A stretch of 24,000 nt of DNA from an uncultured Lachnospiraceae bacterium (GCA_934343915.1 CAKRIL010000002.1:94263-118262), one strand, 5' to 3'; positions 7,201 through 16,318 are shown, counted from the stretch's first letter. Program-made: numbers and translations. Notes: generated by a model not told the origin, from the sequence alone.

Positions 7201-7923
7201 TTACACTACGATAGTTTTCTCATACCCCATCTCGCTCAGCATCCCTGCAAGCTCATTCATATAGTCCGTGCCGGGTGTGAGCATGTGCGCATACTCCGCT
7301 CTTACTCCCATCGGTCTGTAAGAAATCAGCTTAAAATGAAACGAATCGGGCTTATATAAGTCAAGCATCAGCTCACCGATAGCCTTCACCGACTGTCTTC
7401 CGTCATAAAGTGAAGGACAGATTACACATCTTATCTCCTCGAGCTTGCCGATAGATGCCAAAAATCTTGCATTGGCAATCACGGTTTCATTGCCTGCGCC
7501 TGTGATTTTCCTGTGTGTGTCGCTATCAAATGCCTTTATGTCCAAAAGAACACCATCCGTCACGGCAAGCAGATCCTGCTTATCGGCAAAATCAATGGTG
7601 CCGTTGGTGTCTATCATGGTGCCTAAGCCAAGCTTTTTAATCTTGGTGAAAAGCTCGGTCAGAAAATCAGACTGCAGCATACACTCTCCGCCTGAAACAG
7701 TGATTCCTCTCACAAAAGGAATCTGTTTTTTGACCTGTTCAAGTACCTCGTCAGCAGACATCTCAGTCACGGTCGTAATCTTCGGATCTCCGTACTTATC
7801 TCTAGTCTCAGGGTTATGGCAGTACAGGCAGTTAATGTTGCATCCCTGCAAAAAGATTGCTGTTCTGTTCCCGGGTCCATCGACCGATGAGAAGGGAATA
7901 ATTTTATTAACTCGTGCCTTCAT
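7201..7923 (-). CDS. yjjW: Glycyl-radical enzyme activating protein (radical SAM), YjjW-type
   Basis: FSSVDGPGNRTAIFLQGCNINCLYCHNPE carries the CxxxCxxC radical-SAM motif typical of glycyl-radical enzyme activases. The gene starts 4 nt after the YjjI-like gene. Confidence 0.85.
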   Translation of the reverse strand: MKARVNKIIPFSSVDGPGNRTAIFLQGCNINCLYCHNPETRDKYGDPKITTVTEMSADEVLEQVKKQIPFVRGITVSGGECMLQSDFLTELFTKIKKLGLGTMIDTNGTIDFADKQDLLAVTDGVLLDIKAFDSDTHRKITGAGNETVIANARFLASIGKLEEIRCVICPSLYDGRQSVKAIGELMLDLYKPDSFHFKLISYRPMGVRAEYAHMLTPGTDYMNELAGMLSEMGYEKTIVV

Positions 7924-7927
7924 TTGA

Positions 7928-9472
7928 TTATCTTACCTTACGCTCTAATATTTTACCGTTTTTCTTTGCACCAGTGCCAAGCTGAGTAGTGTTCTGCAAT
8001 ACAGCAATGCCCTGCTCGTACTTTTCAATCTCAGACCTTTTTACGAGATACCCTGTGATTCTGATAACATCACTTTCCGATGAGTAGAATGAAAGGTATC
8101 TGATGCCCTTCTGCCATGAGCCCTTAATGATGTCAAGCACATACTCAGGATTTTTGTGCACTGTCAAATCCATCGGGAATATATCGCCCGTGCCCGAAAC
8201 AAAATACTTATGGAAATGGCTGATTACATCAAGATGGTCTACAAGCTCCTCAGGCTCCTCGCCAATCGGGATACGAGTGCCCGGCGCAATGCCCTTGTCC
8301 TCCGCGATACCGACCTGCGCATGAAGAAGAAAGTGACAGCCCGTTCCCTCACAGTATTTGTTGAAATGATTATTATTAAAGTTGTTTATAATATCCATAA
8401 TCTCAACGCCAAGCTGTGTGGCTGCATCCGAATTACCGAACCTGTCGTTTTTGCACTCTTTTGACATGAGAATATTGACCGCATCCGCAAGACCGACAAG
8501 CCCGAACATACCTGTGAATCTATCCCTATGGATAAGCCCTTCTTTTGCGAGAAAATTAGCTTCAAAGAAGCCCGACTGCTCCACCTCGAACGCGATGCGC
8601 TCGTCCATGTATTTTGCCATGACATCCATCACATACGGCAGCTTGTTCTTCTTAAAATCCTCAATTCCTTCCGAACGCTCCGCAATGTGCCCCAAAATCA
8701 TACGGCAGAGTGTGTAAGCACCGCCTCCAAGCAGCAACCCGTTATAGCAGCTCGCAATGACATAATTCTCGCCAAGCTCATTTTTAAACATCTGATGATT
8801 GGCGAAGCTTGGCTTGGCTGTTTTCAGCGCACACCTAACACATGCAAGTGCAAATTCATCATCCGTAATCTCCGGGTCATATTTCATGGAAATGTTAGGA
8901 ATCGCGTTCTCAAGTTCAGCCTGAACCTCCAAAATCAGATATCCCGCTCTGGTCGCCTTCGGTCCGATATCTGCATGGGAAAACGAATCAAGCACAGTAC
9001 GGTCAATATTGGTAAAGAAAAGCTTGAGATGCTTCTTAACCGTCGCATCATCAATATCTGCAATGAACGGCTCCAAAAGATAATCAAGCTGTCCTAAATA
9101 AACCGGATAATTCGTAACACTAGGCACATGCTTATATATAATTAACAGGTCGTTAAGCGCCTCAAAAAAATCCGTCGGTGGCTCAAGCTGCAAAAATTCC
9201 GAGCCGTTCTTAAAGAACTTTTCATAATCAGGGATGATATATCTCGGGCGCATCGGCGCATGACCTTCAAAAAGGTCGCAGATACAGCGGTGTTCATCAT
9301 CGCAGTTAAGCAGCTCGTCCAGCCCCTCCGGAACATCCAACACCTCAAGCAAGCCGTCCGCCGCATTGGCAAGATTCGTAAGCTTCTGTTCATGTGTAAG
9401 TGCCTTGTTGGTGATAACACCAAGAATATTTTCTCTGGTTTTTTCAACTCTTTCCATTGATATAGGTCTCAT
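7928..9472 (-). CDS. yjjI: YjjI-family glycine radical enzyme (function unknown), 514 aa
   Basis: The ATG at 9472 has GGAGG 5 nt upstream. Size and N-terminal region match YjjI/DUF3029 from memory. A C-terminal motif, SDVIRITGYLVKR, resembles a glycyl-radical motif (R-[IV]-x-G-[YF]). The gene is adjacent to its dedicated activase. Confidence 0.8.
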   Translation of the reverse strand: MRPISMERVEKTRENILGVITNKALTHEQKLTNLANAADGLLEVLDVPEGLDELLNCDDEHRCICDLFEGHAPMRPRYIIPDYEKFFKNGSEFLQLEPPTDFFEALNDLLIIYKHVPSVTNYPVYLGQLDYLLEPFIADIDDATVKKHLKLFFTNIDRTVLDSFSHADIGPKATRAGYLILEVQAELENAIPNISMKYDPEITDDEFALACVRCALKTAKPSFANHQMFKNELGENYVIASCYNGLLLGGGAYTLCRMILGHIAERSEGIEDFKKNKLPYVMDVMAKYMDERIAFEVEQSGFFEANFLAKEGLIHRDRFTGMFGLVGLADAVNILMSKECKNDRFGNSDAATQLGVEIMDIINNFNNNHFNKYCEGTGCHFLLHAQVGIAEDKGIAPGTRIPIGEEPEELVDHLDVISHFHKYFVSGTGDIFPMDLTVHKNPEYVLDIIKGSWQKGIRYLSFYSSESDVIRITGYLVKRSEIEKYEQGIAVLQNTTQLGTGAKKNGKILERKVR

Positions 9473-9528
9473 ATTGCCTCCGATTGATTCTTAACATTTA
9501 TAATCCTGGATTAATTATTCACTTTAAT

Positions 9529-9825
9529 CTATCTCGCTCCATCCATGTAAGCATTATATGCCTGTTTTTCAATATAATCCATTCTTGTTAGTTTATACAA
9601 TTCAAATTCCATTCTTGTTTTACATAATTTTCTGTCATAATACCTGTTCAATTTGATTATATTACCTTGTATTTTATAATCCGCATTGATATGAACTCCT
9701 TCACCCGGTCTTAACGGGTCAAAATACACAACATATCTTTTGTCGCATAACTCAGGCTTAGTCGTCCTGCCTTCTTTTAATATATTCTTAATTGGTAATT
9801 CGATATAATAATCATTCACTGCCAT
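9529..9825 (-). CDS. Hypothetical protein, 98 aa, AT-rich orphan
   Basis: The track ORF is 9529-9864. I trimmed the start to ATG 9825 (MAVNDYYIELPIK...), which has GAGGAGG upstream. I recognise no motifs. Confidence 0.6.
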   Translation of the reverse strand: MAVNDYYIELPIKNILKEGRTTKPELCDKRYVVYFDPLRPGEGVHINADYKIQGNIIKLNRYYDRKLCKTRMEFELYKLTRMDYIEKQAYNAYMDGAR

Positions 9826-9872
9826 TACCTCCTCTATTGATTTTGTGACACATAGCCAAACCATGCTGCAAC

Positions 9873-10352
9873 CTATTTATGGTACGGCTCCCCCGCTATA
9901 ATCCTATACGCCCTATAAATCTGCTCTAGCAGAATAACCCTCATAAGCTGGTGCGGGAAGGTCATAGGCGAGAAGCTGAGCTTAAAATCCGCTCGTTTAA
10001 GCACCCTCTCATCAAGTCCGAGTGAGCCGCCTATCACGAACGCGATTGAGCTTTTTCCAGATATTCCAAGCTTGTCAATCTTGTCGGCAAGCTCCGTCGA
10101 GGATAGCTGCTTTCCCTCTATCGCGAGTGCGATGACATACATATCGTCCTTGATTGCCGACAGTATTCTGTCGCCCTCCTTCGCCTTAATCTGAAACTCC
10201 TGTGCGACCGAGGCGTTGTCGGGTGTCTTTTCGTCCGCCGCCTCAACTATCTCAAGCTTACAGTACTTAGATAATCTTTTTTCAAATTCCGCTATGGCAT
10301 CACGGTAAAACTTTTCCTTTACCTTACCCACGGCAATTATAGTTATTTTCAT
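9873..10352 (-). CDS. rlmH: 23S rRNA (pseudouridine1915-N3)-methyltransferase RlmH (SPOUT family)
   Basis: The protein is 159 aa. [27 protein letters not shown]...FVIGGSLGL...[35 protein letters not shown] is the characteristic RlmH sequence. Confidence 0.92.
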   Translation of the reverse strand: MKITIIAVGKVKEKFYRDAIAEFEKRLSKYCKLEIVEAADEKTPDNASVAQEFQIKAKEGDRILSAIKDDMYVIALAIEGKQLSSTELADKIDKLGISGKSSIAFVIGGSLGLDERVLKRADFKLSFSPMTFPHQLMRVILLEQIYRAYRIIAGEPYHK

Positions 10353-10391
10353 TGAAATCTCTCCATATTTGTTTTGTTGATTATAAAAATC

Positions 10392-10511
10392 GCAATGCCA
10401 TCTCGAAAATCAAAGATTTTCTCGATGTCCGTGCTTCGCACTAACAGACGACAAAGAGAAATAAGACCTTATGCAAGCATAGACTTATTTCTCTTTATCG
10501 TCTGGCATTGC
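10392..10511 (-). other. ~120-nt multi-stem palindromic element. It could be a structured RNA leader, an sRNA or a DNA palindromic element; its nature is unknown.
   Basis: An outer 9-bp pairing, GCAATGCCA (10392-10400) with TGGCATTGC (10503-10511), encloses three parts. The first is hairpin 10399-10427, with a 7-bp and a 4-bp stem around a 2x2 internal loop. The second is the small hairpin GTGC-TTC-GCAC (10431-10441). The third is a long hairpin at 10447-10502, with 19 outer positions (one imperfect) plus a 4-bp inner stem. Both imperfections are more favourable on the minus-strand RNA: a G.U pair and a tandem G.A pair, versus C.A and U.C on the plus strand. Confidence 0.35.
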
Positions 10512-10636
10512 TCTGCTTACGCTCATCTTAACATATATTTGCACATATTGACATAACTATATAGAAATTTTTTCGGTGATATGGTATTCTATTGTTAATA
10601 AAGAAAAGAATTTATGTAGGAGGAATATATAAAATT

Positions 10637-11380
10637 ATGTGGTGTCCAAAATGTAAAAACGAATACCGCGAGGGAATCACCGTATGTGCCGATTGCGGAT
10701 GCGAGCTTGTTGAGGATTTATCTGCTGTGAATGATTTATCCGAGGAAAATCAGAATATAGAAGCTGTTGAGTTCACGGATATTGAATATGAATCTGTTGA
10801 TGGCTATGCAGACGTGAACAGACAGGTAAGTGCCAATGGTGACATTATAAGTGTCGACGACAACGAAGCTTCTGAGCAGGAATCAGCCAAGAGCGTCCCT
10901 GCCGCTTATGTTCCGAAGCGCACAAAATATGAAGATAATAAGTCAAGCGCACTTACCTTTCTGCTTATAGGCGGTGTCGGTCTGGTGCTGGTTATCCTTC
11001 ATGTTGCCGGTGTCATCAATTTTAATCTGTCGGCATTTTCGAAGCTTCTCACCAATGTTGTTATGGGTGCGATGTTTATCATATTCCTTATCGTGGGAAT
11101 TGTTTCAGCGAAGAACTGTTCACGCTACAAGAAGGAAGCGGCCGCTGAAGAATCATTCACCGAACAGATACGCTCTTCATTCCGTGAGCTTTACACAGCC
11201 GAAGGAATTGACAATGCATGCTGCCTTGACGAGCAGATGACCTCATATGATGTATGGAATCTGAGATACCATTACATACAGAATCAGCTTACAGATAAAT
11301 ATCCTGAGCTTGCTGAGGATTATCTTGAGTATATAACTGATAAATTATACAACGAGTTATACGAAGAACAGCCGGAATAG
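10637..11380 (+). CDS. Zinc-ribbon domain membrane protein, 247 aa
   Basis: The track ORF starts at 10592 (TTG). I trimmed it to ATG 10637 (MWCPKCKNEY...CADCGCEL, a CxxC...CxxC zinc ribbon) with AGGAGG upstream. An acidic linker is followed by two hydrophobic TM segments (LTFLLIGGVGLVLVILHVAGV, VVMGAMFIIFLIVGIVSA). Confidence 0.8.
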   Translation: MWCPKCKNEYREGITVCADCGCELVEDLSAVNDLSEENQNIEAVEFTDIEYESVDGYADVNRQVSANGDIISVDDNEASEQESAKSVPAAYVPKRTKYEDNKSSALTFLLIGGVGLVLVILHVAGVINFNLSAFSKLLTNVVMGAMFIIFLIVGIVSAKNCSRYKKEAAAEESFTEQIRSSFRELYTAEGIDNACCLDEQMTSYDVWNLRYHYIQNQLTDKYPELAEDYLEYITDKLYNELYEEQPE

Positions 11381-11395
11381 ATCCGGCTGTTTTTG
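11367..11395 (+). terminator. Intrinsic terminator of the zinc-ribbon gene
   Basis: AACAGCCGG-N7-CCGGCTGTT is followed by TTTT. The stop codon lies in the loop. Confidence 0.75.
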
Positions 11396-11432
11396 CTGCA
11401 ATATCTTACTTTGAATAATTTCCCTGCATTTC

Positions 11433-12341
11433 TTACATCACACTGTTTTTGTACTTCATCAATTCGTCAATATATCTTCTTCCGAGCTTCGACAGATTGA
11501 TGCCCTTTCGCGCGACATAGCCTATCGTCATCTTTTCATCTCTGTCGAGCGGTATCGCACTGTACTCGCTTCCGTTGAGTTCCTCACATATGATTCCTGA
11601 ACATAGTGTATAAGCGTTCATTCCCACCATGAGGTTAAGCGCAGTAGCCCTGTCGTTAATCTTAATGATTCTCTTGTAATTGTATGTACTTAGCACTTCT
11701 TCTGACAGATAAAATGAATTGTTGAGTCCCTGCTCAAACGAGAGACATGGATAATCCTCAAGCTCCTCCATGGTAATCCTGTCATTCTGCGCGAGCGGAT
11801 GTCCGTTCCACAGATACACACAGGTACTGCATGTAAAAAGCTCATGAAATTCCAATTCATTTCTTTCGAGCAGCTTGTCGAGTACCTTGCCGTTGAATTC
11901 ATTGCGGTACAGAATACCTACCTCGCTCTTAAAGTTCTTGACATCCTCTATTACCTCCGCCGTCTTTGTCTCCCTCACGGCGAATTCATATTCATCAAGG
12001 CCGAACTGCTTGGCGACCTCAACAAATGCCTTTACAGCGAATGTATAATGCTGCATCGACACACAGAATTTTTTTCTGCTCTTTGTTCTGCTGATATACT
12101 TGTCATCAAGGAGCTGATATTGTTCTACAACCTGTCTGGCATAAGCCAAAAATTCCTCGCCTTCAACGGTCGTCTTAATTCCTCTGTTGGTTCTTATAAA
12201 AATCTCTATTCCGACTTCCTCTTCGAGAGCCATAACTGTCTCGGACAGGCTGGGCTGTGATAGATACAGCCTCTTTGCAGCCTCGTTCATGGAGCCGCAA
12301 TCAGCAATCGTTATCACATATTTAAGCTGTAATAATGTCAT
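11433..12341 (-). CDS. LysR-family transcriptional regulator, 302 aa
   Basis: The track ORF is 11433-12452. I trimmed the start to ATG 12341 (MTLLQLKYVITIADCGSMNEAAKRLYLSQPSLSETV, a LysR wHTH) with GGAGA upstream. It starts 19 nt after the M42 peptidase stop. Confidence 0.9.
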   Translation of the reverse strand: MTLLQLKYVITIADCGSMNEAAKRLYLSQPSLSETVMALEEEVGIEIFIRTNRGIKTTVEGEEFLAYARQVVEQYQLLDDKYISRTKSRKKFCVSMQHYTFAVKAFVEVAKQFGLDEYEFAVRETKTAEVIEDVKNFKSEVGILYRNEFNGKVLDKLLERNELEFHELFTCSTCVYLWNGHPLAQNDRITMEELEDYPCLSFEQGLNNSFYLSEEVLSTYNYKRIIKINDRATALNLMVGMNAYTLCSGIICEELNGSEYSAIPLDRDEKMTIGYVARKGINLSKLGRRYIDELMKYKNSVM

Positions 12342-12360
12342 ATAATTGATTCTCCATATA

Positions 12361-13401
12361 TTACACAAGATATGCCGCAAGAAGCTTGAGCGTCGCAAAT
12401 GCTCCGTCCCTATGGCTTCTCTCATAGCCATGTGATGCATACACGCCGGCACCGATGAGTCCGTGTCTTACATCATGTCCTGATTTGAGTGTGACATCAA
12501 CATCCGAGCCGTAATAAGGATAGATGTCAACTGCATAGTCAATGTCATTCTCTTTTGCTGCATTGACAAGTGCGGTAACGACATCATAATTGTAAGGTCC
12601 TGCGCTGTCCTTGGCACATATGGACACCTGTGTCTCCTTACACTGAAGTCCGCTTCCTACACAGCCCATATCTACCGATATTATCTCTTTTACGCCTGAC
12701 GGAACCGTGGCTGCCGCGCCATGTCCGACCTCCTCGTATACGGTAACATGCTGATATATCTTTCTCTTAGGTGTAAGCTTCTTATCCTTGAGAAGCTTTG
12801 CAAAGCCAAGTAAAATTCCAACACTTAACTTGTCATCGAGAAAACGGCTCTTGATATAGCCTGACGGAGTTATAACCGTTCTCGGGTCAAAGCATACAAT
12901 ATCTCCAACATCAATTCCCAGCTTCTTCGTGTCATCCGCACTCTGCGTCATCTCATCAAGAAGCACCTCCATACAGTCAAATGCTCTTTTCTTATCATTG
13001 TATTCCTTATTGACATGTACGGAAGCATTCTCAAGCTGGAACACACCTGTATATATCTTTCCGCTTCTTGTAACCACTCTGACATTCTCAGCCTCAGTAT
13101 TATTGGCGTTAAGTCCGCCGATAGGAACAATCCGCAGATTTCCGTTGGATTTTACCTCTGCAACCATTCCTCCGAGTGTATCTATATGTGTGTCAATCAT
13201 AATGGCATTCTCTGTATCTTCACCGCCAAGGTCAACAAGCACACCACCCTTTACCGTCATTTCAGCCTTATATCCGAGCTTTTCGTACTCTTTGATAACG
13301 TACTCGGCTACATTTCGTGTGTAGCCTGAAGGACTGTCAATCGCCAATATTTTCTTTGTTTCTTCAAGTATATAATCTCCGTATTTTTCTGCAATTTTCA
13401 T
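12361..13401 (-). CDS. M42-family metallo-aminopeptidase (FrvX/YsdC-like), 346 aa
   Basis: The ATG at 13401 has AAGGAG upstream. Family-typical segments are present: ILAIDSPSGYTRNV, IDTHIDTLGGMV, FLDDKLSVG, YEEVGHGAA and the C-terminal HGYERSH. Confidence 0.88.
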   Translation of the reverse strand: MKIAEKYGDYILEETKKILAIDSPSGYTRNVAEYVIKEYEKLGYKAEMTVKGGVLVDLGGEDTENAIMIDTHIDTLGGMVAEVKSNGNLRIVPIGGLNANNTEAENVRVVTRSGKIYTGVFQLENASVHVNKEYNDKKRAFDCMEVLLDEMTQSADDTKKLGIDVGDIVCFDPRTVITPSGYIKSRFLDDKLSVGILLGFAKLLKDKKLTPKRKIYQHVTVYEEVGHGAAATVPSGVKEIISVDMGCVGSGLQCKETQVSICAKDSAGPYNYDVVTALVNAAKENDIDYAVDIYPYYGSDVDVTLKSGHDVRHGLIGAGVYASHGYERSHRDGAFATLKLLAAYLV

Positions 13402-13426
13402 GGTTGTCTGCTCCTTATAACAATTA

Positions 13427-16318
13427 TTAATGTTTCAAATCGAACTTTGCCAGATATTTCTCATAATCATCCATAGGCATAGGCTTCGAGTAGTAATATC
13501 CCTGAATGATATCACACTCTATCTCTCTTAAGAACTGTACCTGTTCAATGCGTTCAACGCCTTCACATACAACACGGATATCGAGTCCGTGTGCCATCTG
13601 TACAATCCTCTCAATAATATATCTGCTTCTTGTCAGGTTCTCGGTGCTCTCAAGGAATTCCTTGTCTATCTTCAACTCGTCAACCTGCATGTCCTTCAAA
13701 AGATTGAATGAAGAATATCCGCTTCCAAAATCATCAATAGAGAACTTGAAGCCCAATGATTTCATGCGGTTAATAAGGTCTATCATCGCATGCGAATCAT
13801 TGATAAATGCACTCTCTGTTATCTCAAATACTATGAGGTTCATAGGAATGTTGTACTTATTAAGCATGTCCTGAAGCATGCTCAGATACATTCTGTCATT
13901 CACATGAAGTCTTGACTGATTGACATTGACAGGCAGCACAGGAAGCCCACTGTCCAGTCTTCTTCTGAGCATACGGCATACCTGTTCAAGTACATAGAAG
14001 TCCACCTCCGTAACGAAGCCGTTCTTTTCGAACAGCGGAATGAACTCACCCGGTGATACGAAGCCCTTCTCAGGAGAAATCCATCGCACAAGTGCCTCGC
14101 AGCCTACCGGAACCTCAGAATCTATATCAACTTTAGGCTGCATATATACAATAAACTCATTATTTTCAAGAGCCTTCTTCATGCTTGAAGTCATCTCCTG
14201 ATTCTTGACAAATTCGTTGTTTAGAACATCATCATAGAGTATTATACGCTTTCTTGAATCAATCCTTGCCTTTTTCTCGGCAATAGCCGCCTTATCAACC
14301 ATATCTCTGATGCTCTCGCCTGTATCATCCGAGAGGTATACACCGCAGGTGCTTTTAATATTGACGGTATCAGAAAATCCTGAAATATTAATCTCTATAT
14401 CAGATATATATGTATCAAAATTATACTTTAAGGACTCATAATCAATATATGACATGAGAAAAGCGAATCTGTCCGCGGACATTCTCGCATATATTCCGTC
14501 CGGCTGCATCAGATCGTCAAGCATATGCGCCATAACCTTAAGCACGTTATCGCCCTGTTCTCTGCCGTAGAAGTCATTGATATACTTGAAGTTCTGAATA
14601 TTGATATAACCTGCCGCATACTTTCCTTCCCTGCATCTGATCTTGTCGCCCTCTATATAGAACTTCGCCTGATTCATGCCTCCGGTTACCGAATCGGTAT
14701 ATGCGAGCTTCTCAAGCGTGTCCTCTTTTCTCTTTTTATTGATAATGCTCCACGTGATTATTGCCACCATAAGTATTACAATCACAAGACATATGTATAA
14801 TCTGTATGTAACAATAAAACTGACAAATACATTAGTCCTCTCAACCGAAAAGAGGACGCCGTTAATCGTTCTGTTTTTGGACAGCTCAGGGGTTATCGCT
14901 CCGATAGCCTTATTTATTATTCCCGTAACGGTAGTCTTATTGCTGTCCATGTAGGCAAGAGATGAAAACATCATATTTTCATCTCTGTAAGTACCGCTGA
15001 GCATTGAATATGTTGCCTTATCAGAATAGATTTTCCATGAGTAAGCATTGACATATGCCGCGTCAACATCCCCGTTCTTGACAGCATCAAGACACGCTAC
15101 AACACTGTTATAATTAACATATGTTATACCGTCTGAGTATGCCTGTCCGGAAACGGCAAACGATGATGTCATTCCGACCTTCCTGACCTTGGCATCCGAA
15201 CTGAGCTTCACTTCATAAATCGGTACCTGAAGAAACCAGTTCGTTTCAACCAGCTTGTTTTTTTTAGCCCAATCCATATAGTAAGGAACAAGGGCTATCA
15301 TATCTATTTTTCCATTAACAAGATCTTCCTTACACACCTCGGAATCCTTATACTCATAATATTCAAATTTAAAACCTGTAAAGACGGAGAAAAAATCAAA
15401 ATATAATCTCGCGATTCCCCCGAAATCACCATTGTCATCCGTGTACTGTAAAGGATATGAATCCTTAAGATACCCGACCTTCACAACAGGATGTGCCTTA
15501 ACATACTCACTTTCGGCTCTTGTAAGACTTGGGTAACCAGCCTTGCTCTGCCAATATAGTGAATTATACAGATTGTTGATATAGCTGTTATTTTCAGTCA
15601 AATGCATGGAAATGATGTTATCGAGCTCTTCAATATCCTGCTGCATACGAGCCTTTCCTGCAAGTCTGTAATCATGCGTCCCAATAACGGCAACATTCTT
15701 GACATCCGACTCAACATACACGAAGCTGCCCATAACAGCAGCATCCACCTCACCGCTTTCAACGGCAAGCAGCATATCGTCCTCATTATCGTAATACCGT
15801 GTCATGTATGAGAAGCCTTTTTCCTTGGAATATTTCTGAAGTTCATATTCTGCCTGGGAATTACTGCACATAGCTATAAGCATACCATCGAACTTATCAT
15901 ACTCCTCCAAATATACATCAGCGTCGCGTTTTACATACAGCACATCATATTCTGTCATCAAGCTTTCAGTGGTGCTGATGTCCCCGGTATACCTGTCCAT
16001 ATTCTCATCAGTGAGTACCAAATCGCACTTATCCATAAGAAGACTGTCAGCCAGCATTCCTCTATCAACAAAAACAATATTCATATCATAACCGCACTCG
16101 GCTCCAAGCTGATTCAGATAATCGACGGCATATCCTTCATAATTTCCGTTTTCATTAATATATGCAAACCCGTCCATGCTGTACATACCGACGGTAACCT
16201 TCTTAATATTCGGTCTTTCGCCATCCGCTGCCGATACTGTAACAGTGCTCATTATAGTCAATATTAAAATCAATAATACCGAAATATATCTGTTCTTCAA
16301 AGTATGCTTCCCACCCAA
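13427..16318 (-). CDS. Membrane c-di-GMP signalling protein: signal/TM, two periplasmic SBP_bac_3-like domains, TM, degenerate GGDEF, EAL phosphodiesterase
   Basis: There are two solute-binding-like repeats (KKVTVGMYSMDGFAY...GYAVDYLNQL and VKVGYLKDSYPLQYTD...). A TM segment (LYICLVIVILMVAIITWSII) follows. The GGDEF-type domain carries SADRF where GGDEF is expected. The EAL domain has EALVRW, EITES, DDFGSGYSS, LKIDKEF, EGVE and QGYYYSKP. The start is uncertain: TTG at 16318, or in-frame TTG at 16300 with GGGAAG upstream. Confidence 0.88.
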   Translation of the reverse strand: MGGKHTLKNRYISVLLILILTIMSTVTVSAADGERPNIKKVTVGMYSMDGFAYINENGNYEGYAVDYLNQLGAECGYDMNIVFVDRGMLADSLLMDKCDLVLTDENMDRYTGDISTTESLMTEYDVLYVKRDADVYLEEYDKFDGMLIAMCSNSQAEYELQKYSKEKGFSYMTRYYDNEDDMLLAVESGEVDAAVMGSFVYVESDVKNVAVIGTHDYRLAGKARMQQDIEELDNIISMHLTENNSYINNLYNSLYWQSKAGYPSLTRAESEYVKAHPVVKVGYLKDSYPLQYTDDNGDFGGIARLYFDFFSVFTGFKFEYYEYKDSEVCKEDLVNGKIDMIALVPYYMDWAKKNKLVETNWFLQVPIYEVKLSSDAKVRKVGMTSSFAVSGQAYSDGITYVNYNSVVACLDAVKNGDVDAAYVNAYSWKIYSDKATYSMLSGTYRDENMMFSSLAYMDSNKTTVTGIINKAIGAITPELSKNRTINGVLFSVERTNVFVSFIVTYRLYICLVIVILMVAIITWSIINKKRKEDTLEKLAYTDSVTGGMNQAKFYIEGDKIRCREGKYAAGYINIQNFKYINDFYGREQGDNVLKVMAHMLDDLMQPDGIYARMSADRFAFLMSYIDYESLKYNFDTYISDIEINISGFSDTVNIKSTCGVYLSDDTGESIRDMVDKAAIAEKKARIDSRKRIILYDDVLNNEFVKNQEMTSSMKKALENNEFIVYMQPKVDIDSEVPVGCEALVRWISPEKGFVSPGEFIPLFEKNGFVTEVDFYVLEQVCRMLRRRLDSGLPVLPVNVNQSRLHVNDRMYLSMLQDMLNKYNIPMNLIVFEITESAFINDSHAMIDLINRMKSLGFKFSIDDFGSGYSSFNLLKDMQVDELKIDKEFLESTENLTRSRYIIERIVQMAHGLDIRVVCEGVERIEQVQFLREIECDIIQGYYYSKPMPMDDYEKYLAKFDLKH

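Noticed and set aside
7445-7927. Plus-strand ORFs of 100-190 aa lie antisense to well-supported minus-strand genes. Examples are 7445-7927, 8528-9097, 4400-4888, 11799-12260, 12929-13324, 16430-16798 and 23387-23698.
   Set aside because: They are shadow ORFs opposite genes with clear family signatures. Their translations are low-complexity (S/L/C/F-rich), lack RBSs and contain no motifs.
10541-10585. A dif-like XerCD site is suggested on the minus strand (TATATAG-TTATGTCAATA), which resembles the TTATGTnAA XerD arm.
   Set aside because: Only the XerD half-site resembles dif. The putative XerC arm (AAAAATTTCT) does not match known consensus sequences, and the spacing is off by one.
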